NCBI RefSeq assembly: GCF_964204645.1
Contig: NC_134027.1
Location: 16,826,560 to 16,890,559, forward strand
Length of the DNA stretch: 64,000 nt
Source of the DNA: Tubulanus polymorphus
Taxonomy: Eukaryota; Animalia; Nemertea
Direction: 5' to 3'
The translations under genes were made by a program, and so were the position numbers. Below, piece by piece: positions 56,730-64,000 of this stretch; within the stretch, counting starts at the first letter, position 1, and each line of letters begins with the position of its first letter. The notes beneath the pieces are model-generated. The model was not told the origin of the DNA, made no database searches, and saw nothing but the letters and a program-made list of their open reading frames with translations.

Positions 56730-59700
56730 TTGAAAGAAATAATGAAAATAATAACTGATGTTGAATATCCTAAAATAAGTATATCTTCTAAAGTTAAATT
56801 CATAAAATCTGAAGATAAACCAATATATAATATAAATTCTCATTCACAACATATTATATCTAAACAACATATAGATGATAAATTAGATAAATGTTATAAT
56901 GAAGTAAAAACTAGAATAGAAGAAAAATATTTTGAAGGATCTGGTTTAATATTTGATGAAATAATATTTATGACTTTACATGTTTATAACACAAAATATA
57001 ATAAGTTAACTAAATCAAAACCAATAGATGAAAATAATGTATCATATTATAAAGAACCAGATATTGAAGCATCGAGTTATATTAAACTACCATTTAAAAC
57101 TAATGCTGTAATAAATGTACAAAATTCTGATGATAAATGTTTTCTATGGGTTATATTAAGTTGTTTACATCCTGCAACTTATAATATTTGTAGATTAACT
57201 CATTATAAACCATTTGAAAATAATTATAAGATAGATAAGTATCCTGTTAGAATTAAAAACATCCCAAAAATAGAAAGAGATAATAAAATAAAGATAAATG
57301 TATTTGATTTAATCAAATTACCAAATACAAAAGGTAACAATATAAAACATTATACATTAGAACCTTTATATCTATCAAAAGATTATGATTCAAACGATGT
57401 TATAGATATATTATATTATGCGAATCATTATATGTGGATTAAACAAATAGATTTATTCTTTAGAACAGAAAGTGATCACCATAATAAAACATATCTATGT
57501 AGAAAATGTTTACATAAATTCAGTAATGAAAGTACATTATTAAATCATAAACAATTATGTGAAAATCATGATTATTGTAAATTAGTTTTACCAAATGAAA
57601 AGGATAAAATATTAGAATTCAAAAAATATGATTACAAAAATAAAGTACCATTTGTAATATATGGAGATTTTGAATCATTAAATAAAGAATTAACTGATCA
57701 AGATAGAAAAGAAATATATTATAAGAGAAAGAAATTAAATTCTAATGAAAATGATTTTTCAGATGAACCACCAAAAACAAATACTATTAAAAAGATTCAT
57801 CAATCAGCTGCAGCTTTCGGGTTATACATTAAATCTGATTATCCAGAACTAATTGAAAGTGAATATTATGATTATAGAAATGAAAATGTTATCAATCATT
57901 TTTGTGACTTATTAATTGAATATGAAATAAGATTTAGTAAATTATTGAATACAAATATAGAAATTATAATGACAGAAAAAGATAAAGAAGAATTTGTGTT
58001 TGCAGGTAAATGTTATTATTGTGAAAAGATATTTAATTATAAAGATAAAAAAGTAAGAGACCATGATCATTTGAACGGAAAGTTTAGAGGCGCTGCACAT
58101 GAGAATTGTAACTTACAAGCTAAAAAAATTAATTTTGTACCAGTTATATTTCATAATCTATCAGGATATGATGCACATTTTTATTCATCAAACAGTTATG
58201 TCATAAAATAGAAGAAATTAATAATGAAATAAAAAGATTAAATTCAATTAGATCAAAAGATAAAATACCAACTTATAAATTTAGAATGTTAGCTAAAACA
58301 TCTGAGAATTATATATCATTCCAATTTGGGTGTCTAAGATTTATAGATTCATATAGATTTTTAAATAGTTCATTAGATAACTTATCAAAATCATTAGTTG
58401 ATGATGAATTAAAAATATTAAAGCAACACTACCCAAATAATGATGATTTTCAATTAATGAGATATAAAGGCGCAATTCCATATTCATTTTATAAATCACA
58501 TAATGATTTCAATATAACTGAATTATTGAAAGAACAATTCTATGATGAATTAAAAAATGAATATGTTAAAGATGAAGTATATAATAGAACATTGAATATT
58601 TGGAATCATTTTAGAATGAAAAATCATGGACAATTAGTAGATTTATATCTAAAATCAGATGTATTATTATTAACCAATATATTCGAAAGGTTTAGAGATG
58701 TAAACCTAAAATATTTCAATATTGATCCTTGTCATTGTTATTCATCACCACGTTTAACATGGGATTGTGGATTAAAATTTACAAATATAAAAATGGATTT
58801 GTTAACAAATATAGATCAATTACTATTATTTGAAAAATCTATAAGAGGAGGAGTTTCAGGTGTATTGGGGGATAGATATTTCAATGTAAATGATAACCCC
58901 GGATATAAGTTATTATATATAGATGCAAATAATTTGTATGGTTGGGCAATGATGGAACCACAACCTTATGGAGTATTTGAATTAACTGAAGTTTTACAGA
59001 ATGAAAATAATGATAAATTTGACTGGAAGAAAAGAATTCTAGATATTGCAGATGATTCAGATACTGGTTACTTCTTTGTTGTAGATTTAGAATATCCTGA
59101 ACATATTAAATTTAAATCTAGAAATCTAGCATACTGTCCCGAAAATAGAACTGTAACTCATGAAGAATTATCAAATTACCAAAAAAGAATTAAACCCGAA
59201 AATCATATTCATACAGAAAAGTTAATGGTAACTCAAGAAAAATAAAATATAATTATTTAGTACATTATAGAATGTTGAAGTTTTATCTAAATCAAGGAAT
59301 GATTCTAAAAAAAGTACATAGATATATTTCATTTAGTCAATCTAAATGGTTAGAAAAATATATAGATTTTAACACCAAACAGAGAACTAAAGCTAAAACT
59401 GATTTCGAGAAAGATTTCTTCAAGTTAATGAATAATGCATTCTATGGTAAGACTTGTGAAAATATTAGAAATATAGAAATGATATTGAGTTAGTTAGTAA
59501 TGGTAAAAGGATAAGACATTTACAAACATATCCTAAGTTCATTGGTAACAGAATATTTGATGAAAATTTAGCCGCAGTTAAAATGAGAAGAACATCAATG
59601 AAATTTAATAAACCAATCTATGTTGGCGCTTCAGTTTTAGAATTATCAAAATTACTAATGTATGAATTCTATTATAATGTATTACAACCACTTTTTGGAG

Positions 59701-60260
59701 AAAAACATATAGAAATATTATATTTTGATACTGACAGTTACATATTAAAGATAAAAACTGATAACATAACTGATGATTTAAAAACATTAAAACATCATTT
59801 TGATTTCAGTAACTATCCTAAAGATCATAAATTGTTTAGCAATGATAATAAAAAAGTTCCAGGGAAGTTTAAGGATGAATTAGGTGGCGAAGAAATGATA
59901 GAGTTCATAGGTATTAGATCTAAAATGTATTCATATAAAACTAAAATTCATGAAGCTAAAAAGTTAAAAGGAATAACCAAAAGTGTAGTAGAAAAGAATA
60001 TTCATTTCAAAGATTATATCAATTGTATATTCAATGAAGAAGTTAGAAAACATAAGATGAGATGTTTAAGATCTGAAGATCATGAAATGTTTATTGAAGA
60101 AATTGAAAAGGTAAGTCTTAACCCATTTGATGATAAAAGATATATTTTAGATGATGGAATTCATACAGTTGCTTATGGTTGTAATTTAGATGAATACTTA
60201 AAATTTAAAAGAGAAGAAACAAAAGAGAACGAGATAATGAAAAGAATTCTAACGTGTTAA
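56730..60260 (+). pseudogene. pPolB of Maverick 2B, 5'-truncated and frameshifted
   Basis: ORFs 56730-58211, 58286-59245, 59272-59493, 59583-60260; YGDFES, EKSIRGG, LYIDANNLYG, KLMNNAFYGK, YFDTDS. Confidence 0.93.
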
Positions 60261-60289
60261 TCAAATTTTAATAAAAATATGTTATTAAA

Positions 60290-60613
60290 ATGGAGAGTAA
60301 ACAAGCGCACAGTGAGAAAAACAAATTATTTCTAGATAGAATAAAAGATACTACAAATATAAAATCTGTAGATTATAAATTCAAAAAGTTAACAGAATTA
60401 ACAATCCATAAGAAATATCTAATTACAAATATTGATACAGTTATTAATAACTATGGAGATAAATTAGTTATACACTTAGAATATGAAGGATTAAAAGGAA
60501 ATACATATAAATTCAGAACATATTTACCGGATAGATTTCATAGATTATCAAGATTATCATTTCGTATACAAAGGTAAGAATGAAAAAGGGCATCATGAAA
60601 TAGATTTCGAATA
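60290..60613 (+). pseudogene. Copy of the 117-aa pPolB-adjacent gene, with deletion
   Basis: Homologous to 48974-49327. Confidence 0.75.
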
Positions 60614-60631
60614 AGAAAATATGTAAAATAA

Positions 60632-61383
60632 ATGGTAGAATTAAAAGAATACAGAATACTTGTTGATTCTAGAAGGCTTACAAATTATGAATCTCATAAT
60701 TTACTAATTCAATTAGATAGAGAATTTAAGAATTGTGTTGATTTAAAATTAGTAAATATAAGTTTATGTAATTCTTTTTACAATATATCGAATAAAACTA
60801 TTGAACATAGAGCTTTTTTAATTTTTAATAAAAATAAAAATGAATGGGTCTATATATATTTAAAACCGGGGTTATATAATTTAGATACATTAGCACAATT
60901 TGTGCCTGGCACAAATTAGGTAGTAGTTCTGGGTTAAGTATTAGATTTTTAAAAAGTGAGAGTTCTGATAGAATAAAGATAAGGTTGTCTAATAGTGAAA
61001 AACATAAATTTATGGTAAAAAAACCTATAGCTAAACTGTTAGGAATTCTTCCAGATAGATCTTTTACAAATATTGACGCTACTACACCAAACTTAATACC
61101 TTACACACATTATTATATTTATTGCAATTTAATCGATCCTACAAAAACATTCGAAGCAACTAAAGATATAACTTGTAATTCTGGTTTACTAAACATTTTA
61201 CCATTGAAGAATGTTAAAGAATTTGGAACGCAAATAAATTTTAATTTAACAGAATGTGATTTCAAACCATGCATTCCTCGTTTTAATAATTTTAGATTAG
61301 AAATTAGAAATCATAATGGATACATAATTGATTTAAATAATTTCCCTGTAATTTATGAATTAGTTATAAGATGTAGAGAGTAA
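60632..61383 (+). pseudogene. Penton-like gene of 2B, frameshifted near 60900
   Basis: Homologous to 48198-48959. Confidence 0.75.
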
Positions 61384-61400
61384 TTTTTTTCACTATATAA

Positions 61401-61748
61401 ATGAATATAACTGTTGGACCGAGTATATGTTTTGGGTTTGATTTTAAACATGGTAAAGAAATGAGAATTAAACTAAATGATGTAATTACTGATATAAAAA
61501 GTAAATCATTTACCAATGCATCAATGATTAATAAAGAAAATTATAATATAGAAAAAGTAATTGATTTAATTAAATCACCTTTAGAATATTATGAATTAAA
61601 TGAAGATGGAATTATTGATGATATTAAAAACATATTAACCAAAATATATGATAATCATAAAAGTAGTAATGAAATAAATGTTGAATTAATCATAAATAAG
61701 ATAACTAAATATTCTAAGTATTCAAAATGGTATTTAATATATAACTAA
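61401..61748 (+). CDS. Copy of the 113-aa gene with altered 3' end
   Basis: Homologous to 47839-48180. Confidence 0.65.
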   Translation: MNITVGPSICFGFDFKHGKEMRIKLNDVITDIKSKSFTNASMINKENYNIEKVIDLIKSPLEYYELNEDGIIDDIKNILTKIYDNHKSSNEINVELIINKITKYSKYSKWYLIYN

Positions 61749-61932
61749 GTATTCAAAGTATTCTATATATAACTAAGTATTCAAAATGGGAAGTGTTAAT
61801 GTTGATAGATTTGATATAAATGATATCTTAAAATTAACATTAGCAGTTACTTTATCTAATTTAACTATTGATTATTTGGAAAAACAAAAATATATTCCTC
61901 CCATATAAATGCGTAATTATTTTACTAAATAA

Positions 61933-62355
61933 ATGGCTTCTGCAATTATAACTATTATATGATCGGCAATTGTTAACGCTTTAGCATTTACTGGTGGCGG
62001 TTATTTATTTAAGCATATTGATAAAAATGGATCATTAACAGAACAAAAAAGACATAACTTAGCATTAGAGAAATACAATAAAGCAGCGGAAGAATATAGA
62101 GAAAAGAGGCAAAACTATATGGATTATATTAACAAGGAATTATATGATCAGAAGATTTCACATAGAGATTTTCAATCAGTTGATGATGCAATGAGTTTAT
62201 ATAACGCAGTAACAAATAAAGAAAAATTACATCTATACAAACCTAAATTATCAGATTATTATACCCCAAGTAATGAACAGAAGAAATATGAAATAATTTG
62301 GATTTTAGGCGGAACTGTTATTGTTATATTCGTTGCTCATAAGTTTACTAATTAG
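61933..62355 (+). pseudogene. Copy of the 140-aa hydrophobic-helix gene with premature stop
   Basis: Homologous to 47173-47595; GGA>TGA near 61960. Confidence 0.7.
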
Positions 62356-62377
62356 TAATTTTTTTTTTGCTAAATAA

Positions 62378-62812
62378 ATGGAAGATAAAGTTGATAATAT
62401 TGATATTATTCCTCATGATATAAATAAAACTAAATTAAAAATATATTTAGAAAAACAAATATTAGAATTTGAAAGTGACTTAAAGATAAAAAAGAAAAAA
62501 TAACTAAAAAGTAAAATTATATATTATTTGATTATAAGTGGTTCGGTTACAATTAGTTCTGTAATAACATTTTTAGCAATATTCAGTCCATTAACACCTT
62601 TAGCTATATCAATTGGTGTGTTAGGATTAAGTTCAAGTGTTTTAACCGGTATAATTTCAAAATTAAAGATAAAAAGTAATAAAGAAAAAATTAAAACTAA
62701 TATAAAAGAAATTAATAAATTAAAGAATACACTAGATTATATAATAAGTTTAAATGGCCATATAACAGTTGAAGAACAAGATAAATTATTAAAAGAATTA
62801 GTTAATTATTAA
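62378..62812 (+). pseudogene. Copy of the two-TM-helix gene
   Basis: TAAATG start MEDKVDNIDII; internal stop near 62500. Confidence 0.6.
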
Positions 62813-62828
62813 TTTTTTAATTATATAA

Positions 62829-64000
62829 ATGGGGTTTCCAAAAGCTTTCCAATATAATAAATCAATTAAATATAATATTCCTGCAATAGATTTTAAGAAA
62901 AATATTACATATAGAAATGTAGTTTTAAATTCATTAACTAATTTAGAAATTTATGTTACTGAATCACAGTTTTTTATTTCTAAAATGGAAAATATATTTA
63001 ATACATATGAAGTTACTTTTACTCGAGATAAATACCATATATATAAAGTAAAATCTAATATGAAATATTGGCAGAACCAATTAGATTTTGCTGTTTATTG
63101 TGCAACAACAGGATGTGGAATAAGTTGGAATGATCATTTAAATAACTTAGATAAAAATTTGAAGTATTCTGATTTAAAATTAATTCACACAATATTTAGA
63201 TTTCACACATATTTTCAAATCAGAATAATATTAAATGAATTATAATGTCCTTTACCCGGGTCTAAATATTTTAAAGAATTGGATAATAATATTAATATAT
63301 CTAAGTTTCATAAAATATGTAATGAATTTAATATAAATATTAATTCCGATTTCAGAGCGCATGGTAAATTGCAAGGTGTTGGTGAAGATTTTGAAATAAA
63401 AAGAATTGATTATATGCATAGAATTTCAGCTTATCATAATTATAAAATTGATAATAATAATGGTTGGGTTAATTTCATTTTAGAAAATAGTGAAGGTTTT
63501 ACTAAAGCTGGTATACAAAGAATAAATCAATCTATTAGAACTTATTTGATATGCATTTTAGGTGCGCAAGTTGAAACAAGATCCCCAATAATTGGAAATG
63601 ATAACACTTCATTCGATGCGCAGAAACAGTTTAAAGTATTATTTGAAGATTCAATTCATAATGATAAAAATAGATCGATTCCAGAAAACATTGTAAGATA
63701 TCAAAATTATTTAGATAAATCACATATTAGATTAAATTATTGTTTAGGCCCTAATCTATTAATTATTTCTAATGATTTAGTATTAAAGATGGGAAATATA
63801 ATTGGTTATAATAATCTAATTAAAACTGCAACAGTAAATAATTCATTTGGATTGAATGATATAAATAAAAAGATTATTACTGCTCCAAAATTAATGGAAG
63901 GTGAAAAAAATAAAAAACACATTCAATCAACAGAAACTAAAACTAATAATATCAAATTAAATAATGATTCTAAAATAAAAGATTACAATACATCAGAAAA
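62829..64000 (+). pseudogene. Copy of the WQNQL/TM-anchored gene, stop at 63243-63245, runs off window
   Basis: Homologous to 45308-46696 with divergent loops. Confidence 0.8.

Larger units (their letters stand above)
56721..64000 (+). mobile_element. Maverick 2B: second, TIR-less truncated copy of the Maverick 2 family, inverted relative to 2A; runs off the window
   Basis: Collinear near-identical reverse complement of ~45440-52680. Confidence 0.93.

Overview
Repeat-derived eukaryotic (most likely invertebrate animal) DNA with no recognisable host genes. 1-26083 is a CpG-rich 118-bp satellite array with higher-order repeats. It is interrupted once by a 5'-truncated Penelope-like retroelement (RT + GIY-YIG, inverted pseudo-LTRs with hammerhead-like motifs, TSD). 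The rest is a stack of nested elements. A BEL/Pao pol fragment (26345-26914) is cut by Maverick/Polinton 1, which starts at AGTAGT 26915 and carries group-1 pPolB, ATPase, integrase, penton, MCP and unexpected TBP-like and PC4-like genes. Its integrase gene is split by a complete, very AT-rich Maverick 2A (36120-53766; 6-bp TSD GTTGCG; 888/867-bp TIRs; group-2 pPolB). A truncated, inverted second copy (2B) runs from ~56721 to the window end. The most striking signals: (i) 14 Maverick 2A genes start with a TAAATG motif like a poxvirus late promoter, suggesting dependence on a giant-virus transcription machinery; (ii) its TIRs end in ~400-bp fold-back palindromes; (iii) Maverick 1 encodes its own TBP and PC4 homologs next to a YY1/E-box array; (iv) one membrane-anchored gene has hypervariable loops between otherwise near-identical copies. 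All family calls come from recognising motifs by eye; no database search was run.
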